Assembly (NCBI RefSeq): GCF_009914755.1
Contig: NC_060925.1
From: the human T2T-CHM13v2.0 reference genome, Homo sapiens
Strand: one strand, 5' to 3'
Length of the DNA stretch: 64,000 nucleotides
Numbering within the stretch: the stretch's first letter is position 1; every line of letters starts with the position of its first letter. The position numbers and the translations under genes were made by a program. Under the pieces are notes generated by a model. The model saw only the letters and a list, made by a program, of their open reading frames with translations. It was not told the DNA's origin and searched no databases. Shown here piece after piece: positions 1 to 19,988 of the stretch.

Positions 1-262
1 CAGAGCTGCCATGGACATCCACAGGCCCTCAGACTGGTTGTTTTAAGCCACTACAGGATTTGGCAGTGCTTCCATGCAGTATTATCACAGTCAGCACTGA
101 ACCCATGTTTTATTTTGCAAGTCCACACCTTCTCTAGCTGACTCTATTGTATTTTCCAGACATCATCTTGTATTATTACCAAATAAAAACTCTCTTATTT
201 ACTTACACTGATTTCCTGTTCATTTCTCCCTTCAAGCTTTTGAACACATTCATTTTATTTTA

Positions 263-612
<350 letters not shown>

Positions 613-1639
613 TCAGGAATGTAGTGTAACATAATATAGAGAATTAAGAGTCTTAAAACTCATTCTAGCCCTAGCTCAGTCACAAATTTGCTGTATGATT
701 TTTAGATGTCACTTGACTTCTCCAGGTTTCAGTTTCCTTAAGTAAAATGAGGGTTGTTGTAGGTGATTCACCTCTTAAATCTTAAAATCTATGAAATTCT
801 GTTTATTTTTCAAGACCATTCCTCCCATAAAGCTTTCTCCACTGCTTTGTGTTAATTCCTTCCTACTCTGAGTTTCTTTAAACTTTTTATATCAAAATTT
901 AATTTTCCATTTACAGTGGAGTCATATTATTGTCCCTTATCTCAAGTACCTCGGTATCTGGGGGTGCAGTAGGTGTTTCAAATAATTTATTTTTCCTCCT
1001 TCAAAGCTTTGTTTCTTTGAAGCTTGTGCCATCAGACTGTATTAGTTACTACTTCTCCAAGTGGTTGTCATTTACTGACCACTCTCGATCATTCCTTTTA
1101 TTCACTGGTGATTTTAACACCTGAGAGGGTCTCCCACTTTATCTTTCCTGATGACATCACCTGGATGATCCATCCAACACCCTGTCTTATCTGATTCTTG
1201 ATCACACCGTTTCTTCATCTTTTCCACCTCACAGAGTCTCATGGCCACATTTTTTACCTTGCCAACCCCGATCATTTTACCATTTTCAAAATCTGTTTCC
1301 AGTACCCTTTCTGGATTACCACCTCCTATTCTTCTAGCTTATTATTCTGTCATATCCAGCAGGCGATTATTTGACCTCACTGAGGTCTCTCACCAACACT
1401 TCACCTTACACAAGCAGTCCCTCCCTTCTTGTTTTGCTTTCCTGCTTATCTGGAATAGATCTGATGCTCTATCATTATATCCACTCCTTTGCAATCAGAC
1501 AGGAATTCCCTCATCCATCTTCCCCACACCAAACCTATCAACCTGCCTGCAAATGTATCCCTACTCTCTCTCTTCTCTCCTGTCACTATGGAGAAGGTGA
1601 CCTTATTCATATCTAAGGTTAATTCTGTCACTCAAGTTT

Positions 1640-3407
<1,768 letters not shown>

Positions 3408-3415
3408 ACTTGTAG

Positions 3416-3777
<362 letters not shown>

Positions 3778-4441
3778 AGGTAAATCTTTTAATTCACACT
3801 TAAATGTGGCAAAATACTTGCTCTATAAGAGATAACTGAAACCCATCAGTAGATTCCCATCTCACATTCAGCATGGAACATGCCCACAGGAACCAAGTGG
3901 TGGCAAAATCATCTACACAATGCAAATTAGTCTCTCTATCTCTCTTTTGTGATCAACTATATTTAGTTGAATTATCTTAGCGAAATTAGCATAATGTGAC
4001 TCCACTGTAACTAGATATTATCCTGTATTATTTTATATTTCAATTTCTGCTAGTCCAATAAGATTATGTGCTATGTAAGATAGAGACTACATCTTACATT
4101 TTTCTTCTAGCACCTGCAGGACCAAGAAAGTACTGAGATAACAGGTAAATCTAAGTACCAAATTTCTGGTTACTCAAGAAAAGCTATCAGTGTCATCTGA
4201 TCTTCAATAAATCATACAAGTTCTCAGAGAACTAAAAGGGATAAAATTAGGTAAAAATGAAATAAAATAACATCAAAAAAGGATTTCTTTGTATTTCTTT
4301 CCTTCAGTCTGGAACTTGCAGTCATTCTCAAAAATGTTATTTGAGATACTTCGATGTGCTAAGAAGCCTTTGCAAAGCTGCATAGCTCCAGGATCCGTGA
4401 CCCTCTCGATTTTTTTCTGTAACTCTCAACCTCGCCTCCTA

Positions 4442-4702
<261 letters not shown>

Positions 4703-5441
4703 CTACTAATGTTTGCATGAACAAACATTGAAGAAGGTGTTTTACAATGAATGAGGTACCTTTTCTGCCACTCTCTTTAGAAAGACTAAATATAAGAAAG
4801 CCATTAAGAGGCAGGGATTCTTAAAATATGATATAATGTTTGCCATTAACAAACAGTAAAGTATTTGCAAAGTTTGTACTCCCTAGGAGCTAGCTGGTTC
4901 TTTATGGGCATTATGACTAAATAGTAGAGTTGTCACCTTGTTGTGTTATGTAGAAGAGGCCAAGTAATTTGTTTCTACTTTTACCTGGTAACGGCAACTG
5001 AGATGTTATCTTTTTTCAGAAATTTCCAAACTTAAATTCATTCATTACTGTGAAAACGTAGCTCTTTGTTAAATGTATCTCTTTAAGAAATAGGTACAAT
5101 AGGAAACAAATTTTAAAGAAATTTATCTAGGATTGAGGAGGCAAATACATTTCAGTTTGTGTGTGTGCCAACCCTGGTTGAATAGTCCTGGTTGCCTCAA
5201 GTACTGTGCTGAAAAGACTTCCGCAGTCTCACTCCATTTCAAGAGGAGAATAAGCAGTGTTTGGTTAGTGCTGACTGCCCAGGCTGCAGGAGGTCTGAGA
5301 CGCAACCTAATAGCCACCAATTTCTGATCCCTGATTTCTCCCCATCACATTTATAAGTCATTGTTCCAGCCTTAATCTTTGGTTTACCAACTCTGTCATA
5401 ATTAGATATTTCTATTGTATGCGTTCATTATAGACAGCTGA

Positions 5442-5787
<346 letters not shown>

Positions 5788-6247
5788 CCCTATCTGGGTA
5801 TTTTAACTACTCAGTTTACTAGAGAGAAACACTACATTTTATTTCATCCCTAAATTCTTCAGCATGCAGTTCCTGAGAATGAAGACATTCTCCTACATAT
5901 TCACAGCACCATCATCATACCCAAGAAATTAACAGTAATTTAACAATGTCCTCTCTTACATAGTCTCCTAATCAAACTTGTGCAGTTTCTCCAAAATATC
6001 TTTTATAGCTGTTTTTTCCTCAATCAAGCATCCAATCAAAGCTTAGGTTTCACATTCAGTTTTTATATCACTTTAGTCTGTTTTAGTTTAGAACAATCAT
6101 CCCATCTTTTTTGTTTTAATGACATTGATTTTTGAAGAGGCTGGGCTGGTCGTCTTATAGAATGTCTGCATTTTGGTAGACATTTTTCTCTGTTTCCTCT
6201 TGATTAGATTCTGGATAAGGATTTTTGGCAAGAATTCTCTATAGGAT

Positions 6248-6604
6248 TGTATTAGTCGGTTTTCACATTGCTTATAAAGACATATCCAAGACTGGGCATG
6301 TCTACAGGAAAAAGGTTTAATGGACTCACAGTTCCACATAGCTGGGGAGGCCTCACAATCATGGTGGAAGGCAAGGAGAAGCAAGTCATGTCTTACATAA
6401 ATGGCAGCAGGAAAATAGAGAGCGAGCTTGTGCAGGGGAACTGCCCCTTATAAACCCATCAGATCTCATGAAACTTATTCACTATCACGAGAACAGCACG
6501 GGAAAGACCTGCCCCCATGATTCAATTACCTCCCACCAGGTACCTCCCACAATACATGGGAATTCAAGACGAGATTTGGGTGGGGACAAAACCAAACCAT
6601 ATCA
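6248..6604 (-). mobile_element. THE1 (MaLR) solo LTR inserted in an old L1M fragment (~5830-6800)
   Basis: Termini tgtattagtc...ccaaaccatatca with 5-bp TSD aggat (6243-6247, 6605-6609). Confidence 0.9.
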
Positions 6605-7043
6605 AGGATCTATGCACTTTGTGTTGCATTACATGAGAACTCACTTACTGCTAGGTTGTCTCATTGTTGGTAGGAGTTTGATGACTTAGTTAAGGTAGAA
6701 AATGCTGAATGTCTCCATTGTAAAGATACATTTTCCTCCTTATAATTTGTAAGTAATATGTGGGTTGATATTTTGAGACCTTATGAATGTCTTGTTCCCC
6801 AGTGAACTTTCATTACTTCCTTGCTTTTTAAATTAGTCAGGTCTCCTAAATGCATTTAGGCCAATTTTAAGCATACAGGATGAAAACTAAATGTTATTTA
6901 CATATTTGTTTTCTCATATAACTCAGCCAGATCTGTCATATGCAGGTCACTGTAGGCTATGTCATCAGCTATCACTGGTTATGTCCTAAGAGGCCACTGT
7001 TAGGTATTATTCAGTTACGGACATTTAATAGGAATATGTGCTA

Positions 7044-7178
<135 letters not shown>

Positions 7179-7908
7179 TTATTTTAGACTTATACATGGC
7201 TGAAATTCAACTGTCACAAATATGTTAAATTAATAAGCAATAATGAAAACATATTTTTAATGCCCTGAAAATAAAGTTTACAAACTAAAATTCTACAAGA
7301 GACTGATTAACCCAATTCTAGCTTTTGTTAACTAGTCATAATTTCCTGTAATTTCTTCTGAAATTTTCATAGAAATGCAGGGCGTTCTGAACATATGAAA
7401 ATATTCGCTTTGCTTCAGGGTTTTAATGAACTTTTGGCCAGTGATGGGAAGGTCGGGGCTGTGGTCCTACAGGTAGGCTGAAATAGAACAGGAGAAGAGC
7501 GTTCTCCCTCCCTGAGCTTCCAAGAACTCACAATCTCTTAGTGCTATCTTAGCAGCTGATGGGTGAGGAAATTTTAACTGAATAAAAACTTCAAAATGGG
7601 TTATCAGAGGACAATCAATGATAGGAAAGATTCTGCCTAAAAAGGCTTAACATAGATGGGAGAGGGTAAGTAATAGTGAGACTGAAAGGCAGGATGGGGT
7701 AGTGATAGTTATACATTGCAGAGAACTTCTACTTAGGTGCAAGGCCTGAAATTAGTCTTCCTTATCACATGCTTGTGAGAATATGGATTTGAAGGGTACA
7801 GGTTAGTCAGCCAGGTCGATGCAGGAAAGAATTAAACAGCATCAGGAAAGACAGATTACATAATAACATATGCAATATACCAAATTTATAAAAACTTTTA
7901 TTAGATTA

Positions 7909-8097
<189 letters not shown>

Positions 8098-8599
8098 TTA
8101 GCTCTAAATCCCACAAAAATGAATGCAATCACTAACAATAAAACTGACAAGAATTAATTTATTAGATATTTTTGTCAACTTGTTTTGGTTAATTTTCTCT
8201 TCTTTTAGAATCACTCACATTTCCTACTTCAAAAATCAGACTCTCATGTAAGATAAGAAATAATGATACCAGGTGTTAGTTTGATTTTGTAGTTGATCTC
8301 AAAAGGCTAAAAACCACATAGCCCTGTAATGGTTAAACTTTTTGAGGTTTTTCAATTCTCTGAGGTTGAAATGACAGCTAGAGTCTACTGGTTTTCATAA
8401 TTTCTGTAGCAGTAGTAACAAAAAAACCCAAACAAACCAAAAACAAAAACTTGAGGCATGATTTGTGAATAATGTGGTCAGTGGTTATAGAGTTAAAGAA
8501 AAGCAATCAGGATAGTACTGCTTTCCAATACCAGAACCCCTATGTTGGGGAGACATTATATAGGGAAAGCCAATGAGATGTAAACTTAAGTCATTGGGT

Positions 8600-8940
8600 A
8601 AGAGTCCAGGAGCTTTTAAAGAGGGCTGACTCAACTGGGAAACTTTTCCTGGTCCTTGCCTCATGTCTTTCCCTACTTCCTGAAATATGAATGTAATGGC
8701 TGGGGCTGCAGCAATCATTTTGCAACTATGAAGTAAGCTTGAGCATGGAAATGATGTACTAAGAATGATGGAACAGATAAAAAGAAGGAATCTGAATTCC
8801 TGATGATGTTGTGGTGCTTCCTACCATCAACTGCCCACCTCTGACTTTTTTCACGTTAGGAAAATAAGCCCCTTTTTAATACAAGCACTGATTTGGAGGT
8901 TTTCTGTTAAATGTAGCTGAACTCAATCCTCCCTGAAATA
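8600..8940 (+). mobile_element. Old ERVL/MaLR-class LTR (LTR33-like)
   Basis: gtaatggctggggctgcagcaatcattttg and ttttctgtta...gctgaactcaatcct motifs. Confidence 0.55.
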
Positions 8941-8949
8941 CTTTTCATT

Positions 8950-9170
8950 TTTAAGTGCTTATTGCACTAAAAAACTTAAGTTTTGCAAAATATTTTACAT
9001 TTAATCTTACAATAACCCTGTGAGTTACTATTTTTATCCTCACTTTATGAGTTGAAAAACCAAAGCATAGAGAGGTTAAGTAACCTATTCCAAATCACAT
9101 TACCAATAAAGGGTGGAATCTAAATTAAAACCCAGGTTGCTTGCCTCCAAACCCATGGTCTTGACAACTG
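8950..9170 (-). mobile_element. MIR
   Basis: MIR core (agagaggttaagtaacc). Confidence 0.7.
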
Positions 9171-9977
9171 CACATGCTAGTCAGCCGTCAGTCCCCCAGT
9201 GTGAGAGCTAAAAGAGACCTTAGATATTTGGCAGTCCAATTAGCCTCAGTTTATTGATGAGCAAACTGAACTCCTGAAGTAAATGTTACTGAAGTGAAAC
9301 AACCAGCCAGCATCATACGTTCTGTAAGTAATCAAATTGTAACTGACTGGATCTGTGACCAGTGCTCTTATACTAGTTGACCTGTCTGGAAATATCAGAC
9401 AGGCATGACCAAAATACAAACTTACTTAAACAACTTTCACTTCCCATTAAAAGTTTCTTATCTCTACTGCCTCACTGGATTCACTCATCGATCTACGGCA
9501 GTCTGGCTGCTGCCCACCACTCTCTTAAAATTATTCTCACAAAAGAAACTAATCAACCTTGTAACTGATAAACTCAAATTCCTTTTTTCATTCCCATTTC
9601 TGATTTTTCTACAGCATCTGACATTTGCTGACCAGCTTCTATTTCCTTGAAACTTTCTCTTTCCTTGACCCAGTTCATTTTCCACATTGCCAACACTTGT
9701 ATTTCTGTGACACTCATCTAATTATATGTTTCACTCTTCTTCAAAAAACTTTCACTGGCTTGCCATTATATACCTATAAGTTAAAACTTGAAATTGTTAA
9801 TGTTTCAAAATTTAAAAAGTTTGTATAGATAATACAGGCATATGTACACAGTTTAAAGAACACTCAAGAGTATGTAATAATGAAGTCTCCATCTCATCCT
9901 ATACCCCATCTCTCAATCTCCTTCCTCTCAGGCAATCACTGTCTCTTGGAGAAGCCTTTAGGGATATTCTGAAAATA

Positions 9978-10524
9978 ATGTGCTTCAGGGAACACTACCT
10001 TAAAATATGGCACCTTGACACACTGAATATTTTCAGCTGAAGGAATTTGAGAAAATGGCAGAAACAGGAAATTTACTCTCACCTTCCCTCTGCTCTTCTT
10101 CCCTGAAGCAGGACATAAAACCTAGAAAGGATTTTCTGACCTTCCCCTGAAGCAGCTCATAAGACTCTCTCATGAGAGGTGCCCTTGAAATACCCACAGG
10201 AAAGGAGCATCCTTATCTCTGAAGACACAGATGCACAGAGAGGAATCTGAGCAACAGACCTTGCTATAGCCCCCCAGCTTATTACCATTAGATTGTGCTT
10301 TTTTGCCCTATCATATTTCTCCATGAGTGTCCATTCTTCATCAAACCTAGCATAAAGACACTCAGGTTTAGCCATTTATTTGGGTCTTCATTTCCTTATA
10401 AAGACTGTCATGTCACGCAAAACTTAAGCTATCCTCCCTGCAGACAGTATATCCCTTCTAGTTTGACCTTGTATAGGGGAGGTGACCCATGAGGCTTAAA
10501 GTCTTATCTCAGCACTCCCCTAAC
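9978..10524 (+). mobile_element. ERV1 solo LTR (MER34/MER39-like)
   Basis: aaaatatggcaccttgac...gctgaaggaatttgagaa; atctctgaagacacag...gaatctga motifs. Confidence 0.65.
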
Positions 10525-11080
10525 ACATTTCACAAGACAACCCTGACATTTTTATGAAGAAACATATTAATCCTGAAGTTATCCTGAAGAGAAGCCATGC
10601 AAATGTGTACAATAGATAGTTTCATGAGTACTGCTACATAGTCAACAAATATATCTGGCTTCTTTTCTCTTTGACAAGACAGCTGGAGTTGAAATCCCCA
10701 GCTAGGACTAAAAGGAAACCAAACCATATAATGCTTAGAGCACATTCCTCCTGTGAATTATAAGAACCTTGAAAGTTTATGACTGTGTTCTGCATTAAGT
10801 TCCAGAATATTTATTAGTATATCAGAATCACCTAAAGCACATTGAGGGCCTAGAGAGCTTTCTTGCTTAGGAGAGGAAGAGGATCTATCTAATGGTCAAA
10901 TGGGTTTCCTCAAGAGACAGTGATGTCATCACACAGAGCTGAATGACCACTTGGTAGACATGTTGCAGAAGAGAATCAAATAACATCTGGGTGCCTGGCA
11001 GGACATTTTGGCCTATCCCATTCTCAGTCTATTACTCTGGGCCCTTTCAGGTCCTTATGTGCGTTTTGGGGTATAATTAC

Positions 11081-11128
11081 CTCGTTTTGTCTATCTTTTC
11101 TTTCCAGCGTTTTGAGGATGCTGTGTGT
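11081..11128 (-). CDS. SPAG17: SPAG17 exon (48 nt) HTASSKRWKEKIDKT-R
   Basis: acatag|A acceptor, AG|gtaatt donor, phase 2-2. Confidence 0.92.
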
Positions 11129-11350
11129 CTATGTGAAAGGAAAGGAAAGTATGGTGAAAAGGGGCAATGATTTCAGCTTAAAAACAAAACCAAAAACCCT
11201 CACCACTATATGATGAATTATTAATAGTATGGGAGATGAAGGGCTGTGAATTCATTGATGTAGTCACCAAAAGTTATAGCACCTGCATATTCCATTTCCT
11301 CAATCACTGCATACCTAATACTAATTAGAACACATTATTGGATTAGCTTA

Positions 11351-11476
<126 letters not shown>

Positions 11477-12426
11477 TTATCCCCACTTCTTTATAGGGCA
11501 ACACACAATCAGTACACAATTACTCATTTGAGATGCCTGTTAAGAGCCTATATAGTTAATCTATCAAGTGTTTACTAGGACTTACATGACCAAGCTGTAA
11601 TACAACAGAAAACTAGACTACTTTTATGAAATATCCTACTAGAAAACACACAACTTATAGTCAAAATGTAAAATGCAGTGATATCTCATTTATCCCATAT
11701 TATTAGGGGAAGTGGTGTTCTACTTAACTGAATTTCCTCATATCTGAAGCAGCAAACCTTAAAACAAATTAACCATAACATTGAAATTGTTTTTCTGGAT
11801 ATTTTCCTGTTCCCGAATCTAAGAACATGATTATAAGACAATGGTTGTTCAACAATTTAGGCAGCGATTCTCAGTTTATTCACAAAACACGCTCTTGGTG
11901 GGATGTCAATGGGAGATTAAAAAGAGGAAAAGATTTTCATGTTTCACGGTTATATGAGCTTGGGAAACACTGATTTATCCAAGGTTAAATAGGTTTCACT
12001 ACTTTTCCGCATCTTTAATTAATTAACGTCATTGTGACTCACTAAGAAAATAAGACAATATGAAGCATTATCCAAACTTATTTTAATATGAAACTCATTT
12101 TTGGTGGAGTCTTCTCATAGATGAGTGTTTTAGGAAATACTATGGGAAAATATTGATTTAGGATCATTTTAATTAACATGTCAGGTATGCAACAGCTGTT
12201 TATTTCCTGGAACTGTTTGTTTAAAAAAATACGTTAGTTTGTATTTCACTTTTGGAAAACCTATGTGTTTTCCTTTGTTGTGCCTGTTCCTTGTCCCAGA
12301 GGTTAAAAATTCAAAAGCTACAGGGTAGCGTTGCCAGATAAAGTATAGGGCCCCTGGTTAAATTTGAATTTCAAATAAACAAACAACTTTTTATTATAAG
12401 TATATCCCAGGCTTCTGGGGACACAC

Positions 12427-13181
<755 letters not shown>

Positions 13182-14107
13182 TACTTATACTAAAAAAAAT
13201 TATTTGTCATTCATCTAAAATTTAACTAGGCCTTCTTTATTTTTATTCACTAAATCTGGCCACCCTACTACAGGAGTTGCCCAGGGTAAAAGGGTGACCA
13301 CAGAGTATAGGGACACGGAGACATAGGGGGTTGTGATGGACTCCTGTGATGGTCATTCTAAAGAAGCAGCTGTCAATTATCTTCAGCCAAATTTACTATG
13401 TAATAATGTGAGATTTCAAGAGGAGAAAAATCTGGATAAACAACAACAACAATAAAAACAACTGTACAAGCCCACACTGTGGAGGATACTCAGAACCTAT
13501 CTGTGGGCTGAATGAAGCGCATGGCTGCCAGTTTATGATCTTTGCCATATCGCCAACAAAACAAAACAAAAACGCACCAAATTCCTACTGCTTGTTTGCT
13601 GTGAGCTATGAAACCATCTAACCACATTTGTTAGGGCTGTGTATATATACCTCCAAATGAATATTCTTTGAATGAGATCTAAGAGTAAACTACTTGCACT
13701 ACATACAGTGTAAAACAGTGCAAAGTTTTGGTTATAACAGTGTAGTTGCTCAAAAATTTTGTGTGTGGGAGGGCAGGCTGTTGGTTGGTTGACTGTTTCC
13801 TTCCTATATCTTCATTATAGTTGAGGCTAACATAAAAGTCAAATGTCAACATTTTTCACTTAATGGATGAAAGTTAAAGATGAATGAGAGAAAATCATGG
13901 TTTTCTAGGATGTCAAAGCTCAGGCAGAACAATACAGGCAGAATGACTTACAAATATAAACCACCACAACACAACATGGCCGATACAAGAATGGAGATAT
14001 GTACATGGTGTCTTGTTATCAGATAAGAGAATGACCGATAAGTGTATTTAAGATGATTCCTTTGAAACTTGTAAATATACTGCAGAAGAATATTAAATGC
14101 AACTTAC

Positions 14108-14153
14108 CTTCAGTAACATGACTTTTTGTAGTTTCCTCCATTTTAGGGAAAGA
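14108..14153 (-). CDS. SPAG17: SPAG17 exon (46 nt) SFPKMEETTKSHVTE
   Basis: tttcag|TCT acceptor, G|gtaagt donor, phase 0-1. Confidence 0.92.
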
Positions 14154-14583
14154 CTGAAATGAAGATAGAATTACTTATGATGATTATATTACTTACAAGA
14201 CTTACTTTGTTTAGAAACATTCTCTCAAGCTGATCTTTTGTAAAAACTACTATAAAATGAATTAGTTTAAAAATACTGATATAAAATTAATTTTTCTAGG
14301 TCATTCTTTCTACTTCACTAATGTCTAAAAATGGAAATGATTTTAACTTGTAAAAATTCCTTTTTCTTCTTCTTTCCTATTTCATTCATTAGTTCATTCA
14401 GCATTTCAATAAATATCAATTTCTTTTGAAGACAATAAAAGTTTCATTTAAGGGCCTTGTGAATTATTTATGAAGAGCCTAAAATGTATTTGGAAAATGC
14501 AATATATAGACAAATGGATTTCCACAAAAATTGAAAATTATGAGGAGGGAGCAAATGCTTCATGGAAGTGGCAGAAGCAGCTA

Positions 14584-14775
<192 letters not shown>

Positions 14776-15697
14776 CTAAATCAGCAGAATAAAATACATA
14801 GACAAAAACTAGGAATTAGGAAGAGAGAGATACAAAAATGGTCATCAACTTGAAATATTACAAAAAATGAAGAATATATAGGTTTACAGTGCTCAACAAC
14901 TGTTTACTAGTCAAACAACCTGAAAAGACTTTTTCTTAATATGTTAATAGGAAAAACCTGAGAAGTGCAAAAGCAAAGCTTTAAGGGCCACAGGATAGAA
15001 CTGCATGGGGGCCTCAGAGAGGCCCTGTTTCTAACTGTGCACTTAAGTGTCCTCATCAATAAAATGGACAGAATTGGGTTAGATGATGTGTAGGATCCTT
15101 TCAGGTATAGTTTTTTTATTTTACCTGTAAATGGAATTTGCCTAGTTCATGTCTTTGCTTCGAAGAGAAACGTACTTTATTTTTTTCATAAGTATTTGAT
15201 CAATTTCTATAACTAATAATACCCTGCTCTGTGCCAGGTGCTAGGTATATAACCATAAACAAAACACATATAATCCCTGTACTGAGGGAGTTAACAAACT
15301 TGAGATGTTATAGACATGATCATACAATTAACTATATATTTACAAATTCTTAGACCGCTTCCAAAGGCTTTTACTCTGTGGACAAATATATTAATATGTA
15401 GTTCTGTCTTTTTCCAGTGGTCACTATATCAGTTTTCTATACAGTGACAAAGATGGAGGGCACTATATAGTAATCATTTACAAAAAATTCTTACTTTTTC
15501 AATGTCTTTGGGGCTTCTTAATAATTTCTACACCTTATGGGAACCATTAAATATTTTCTACCTCTCAACCCTCTACTCTGAAAGACTGACATCCTTGTGT
15601 TGCACTAGACAAATATTGGTAGAATTACATAATTTCAGGTTTCTTAGGAAACCAAAAGCAATGATTGCTCTGTTTCTGATTCTTTTGGGTCAGGTCA

Positions 15698-15898
<201 letters not shown>

Positions 15899-17637
15899 TT
15901 AACAAAACAAAGCAATAACACCACCAAAGAAATCAGAATGTTTTCACATTCAAATTTTTTTTAACTGTTCATTTATTACATAGATATCATAATAACTTTT
16001 TAGGGACACAGTGGTGAAAAAAAATCCTTAACCTCAAAAAGTTCTGCAAATATAAGGAAAATCGATAACAGAACTGGGCCTGCTTTCCTCTTTATTTATG
16101 TTACTAAGATACTGGATATTTAAAAATCCTGTTGCATGGTGTCCTGGGTAGGATGTAGAAGAGTGCTAAGCAATGTAATAGCAGCCTAGCTTATGACAAA
16201 TGGATGTGGCTATTTCTTAGTATCCACAAGTAGCTGAAGACATTTGGAACTGAGCAGTCTTTCACTTTCTGGTTCTGTGTTGATTTTGACCTAGAAAGAT
16301 TCTTTGCAAGAGAAATAATTCCATAGATCTGGGCCATCTTTGAGCTTAATCTAGACTAAGCATGCCTCCAGAGTCTGAGGATCCCTGGGGCAGAAAAATC
16401 TACCTTAGAGTAAACTCACATTATATGTTATACTTGTGATCGATTTTCAGGAATAGTGTGCTTTGCTGCCCTACTATGTTCTCAGGTGTGCTGGATGTGC
16501 TTCATTTCAAAAGGCCTGGCCTGTGACAGCCACTTAGGGGCTTTGCAGGCCTGTGCCACTCCTACCAGATGTAGAAGGTCAGAGCATAAGGGTTTCAGAG
16601 GATGAGAATAAACTTCCTTCAATAATCTTAGATGTGGCATACCCTTTGTCATCATGTAGTACTTAAAATTTGGATATAGCCTTAGTGTGCCATTTGGTGT
16701 GACCTCCTCATTTTCAGAGAAGGAAATGGAGACCCAGTGTGACTTGTCCAAGATCCCACTTTAATAAGGGGTAGAATCAGGACCAGAATTCAAGTCACCT
16801 TCATATTACCATGTTGACTATAGTCACCAAATTTAACCACAGGGCTAGGAGGTCATTGTAATCTTAAATGTTCATCATTTGTGTTTGCTATTACAAGGTT
16901 TAGTGTAGGACAGCAAAAATGATGACAATCAAAAACATTATCTCAATTAACACTACTATCAATCTCTGATCATACCATCAATAGCTTCACTGATTTAATT
17001 ATTTAACACCTGACAATATGTTGGACATGTGACATAAATTGCTTGTAAAATGAAATGGTAAATTATGCAAGATGCAGGACTTCATTGATTCTTACCCAAG
17101 ATATTTTATTTTTTTAAAAAATTTAGCTGGAGCTTCTCTTAACTGACATAATTACAATGTTTACTTTCTAACACTGCAATTGCAAATGTGCGTAAAATCC
17201 TTCATATTATTCTTAGATGGTCAGTTCGTGCATTTTTAATATATGAAGAAAAAAAGGGAGAGTAAAAGGCACAAAATTGTGTGTTAAAATTAACAAATAA
17301 GAAATGATAGAAGGAAAGATTTCTGTATGATATAATATCAGTAATTCCATGACAGAGGTGTAACCTGGCTTACTCAGAAAGAATGTTTGCATATTATAGG
17401 AAGATGTTCAAGCCTGCAATACAGGATAAAAGAAATAAAACTGAAATGAGCTAGCCAGGAGTATTCCTCTGAAATGTTGTTGCCACATCTACAAATGTTA
17501 GAATCTTCAAATATAAAACTCCTTGAGCACATTAAAAATTTACATAAGAATGAAAATATATGAATATATGGGAGAAGACTTAAGACTCTGGTCCATTGCC
17601 CTTGGATGGATGTATACGCTAATAAAATGACTTTTTA

Positions 17638-17823
<186 letters not shown>

Positions 17824-17989
17824 TCAGAGAAAATGAAAACGCATTGACTAAATTCAACAAGCTCTTTTTGAACAGACTTAGACATGAAAGACTAATGAGA
17901 CACAATGACTATACTTAGGAACCTTACAATCAAATAAGAAGGATGAAGCTTTTAGGCACTGTGACACCTAGAGACTAGATTTAGATCAC

Positions 17990-18720
17990 CTGGAAGTATT
18001 CATTGACACCTCATCGTCCCTCACCAACCACATACAAGTTCTGTCAGTTCTCCCAATAAACTTGTTGAGTCCATCTTTTTCCCTCTCTGTGAACCCTACT
18101 TTATGTGCCTCAAAAAGATCCTGCTCTAGACTACAGCAACAACTGGTTTTGCCACCTATATATACTCTGTGAATGAACCTTCCCTTGCAGTCAGGGTGAC
18201 TGATTATGTTAGTCCATGATGAAAACTCTTTTTTGCCTTCACATCGCTCATGAGATAAAAGATGGTCCTTAACATTCTTTTGCCTCTACCTCAACTTGTA
18301 CTATTCTTCCCCTCTGTGCTTCAGCTACTTTGGCCTTTCCCCCAACCCGTGTTTTCCAATGCTTTATGCTTTCTCCTTTATGTTTTCTTTTCCAAAAAAG
18401 CTCTCTCTCTTACCTTAATTAACCATTACCTACCCACTAGCTCTTGGCTCAGGTGTCTTCAGGGAAGCCTTCTTGACTATGTCAGTTTCTTCTGTTAGAT
18501 TCTCTCATAGAACTATGTTCTTTCCCCTCGGAGACCTTATCCCAACTTATAATCATACAGTTGTGTGACTTTATAGTTAACATCTATCTCTCCCAGTAAC
18601 CTAAGAGCTCCACTGAAACAGGGTCCATGCCTGTTTTAGTTCACCATTGTATTCCTAACACCCAGCCAGTGTTTAGTACATGGTGGTTTGCCAAATAGAG
18701 GCTAGTTAAATGACTAACAA
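17990..18720 (+). mobile_element. Degraded L2 3' portion
   Basis: L2 3'-end motifs (ttcagggaagccttcttgac; gttcaccattgtattccta). Confidence 0.6.
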
Positions 18721-18937
18721 ACCAATGTGAGATGAATTCTTATTCTCCCACAGTTCCATACATGCACCACACTGACTGGGGGTCAGTCAGAGTCCCCCAT
18801 ATTCCATATTCACAAAGAGCAAGGTGTATTAATGTCATGCACATGTGCATTGATAAACTAAAAGTTATAAGGGCACAGAAATGCAGGCATATTTATAAAT
18901 GCACACAAAATGTATCCCAAAACACAGAAAAAAGATG

Positions 18938-18942
<5 letters not shown>

Positions 18943-18979
<37 letters not shown>
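18943..18979. repeat. (AC)n microsatellite, ~18 units
   Basis: Direct reading. Confidence 0.97.
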
Positions 18980-18981
<2 letters not shown>

Positions 18982-19474
18982 AACCTAGGCACAGCACATA
19001 GGTTTTGTACACAGATAATATGTAGGCTAATATCTATATTTAAATACACATATTACATATACTGGATGGTTCTTACTTAATGTTTTATGTATCTCTAACC
19101 TCTGGCAAACACCAATTTCTTTGAAGTTGATGAAAACAATGTAAGTACCCAATGAATGTAGCTTATATAAGTTACCGGGTATTTCAGGTTGGCATTATAA
19201 CTCACCTATCAATTTCATCAAAGCAATATCTTCAAAATGACAAAAAATGAATTTACAAGAGATATCTCACTGTTCTTTGTTTTTTCTTACCAAGATGAAA
19301 TGAACTCATAAATCAGAACTTTGGTACATACCTAAACACAGATACAAATCTGCGTATAGGAGAAGAGGGATACATACTCAGCGTATGCAGACTGGTGCTC
19401 AGATGTATCTTGATATACACATAAATTCAAGTAGCTATATAAATAAGTTGACATGACTTATTCATGTCAACTTA

Positions 19475-19774
<300 letters not shown>

Positions 19775-19841
19775 TCAAGTATTCCGTTAAAATTCTCCTT
19801 GAACTCAGAATTAAAAGTAAAATTATAGTATTATTCTTTTA

Positions 19842-19988
<147 letters not shown>

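Noticed and set aside
4987-4998. RFX X-box-like GGTAACGGCAAC in a ciliary gene
   Set aside because: Only one good half-site, deep in an intron; expected by chance
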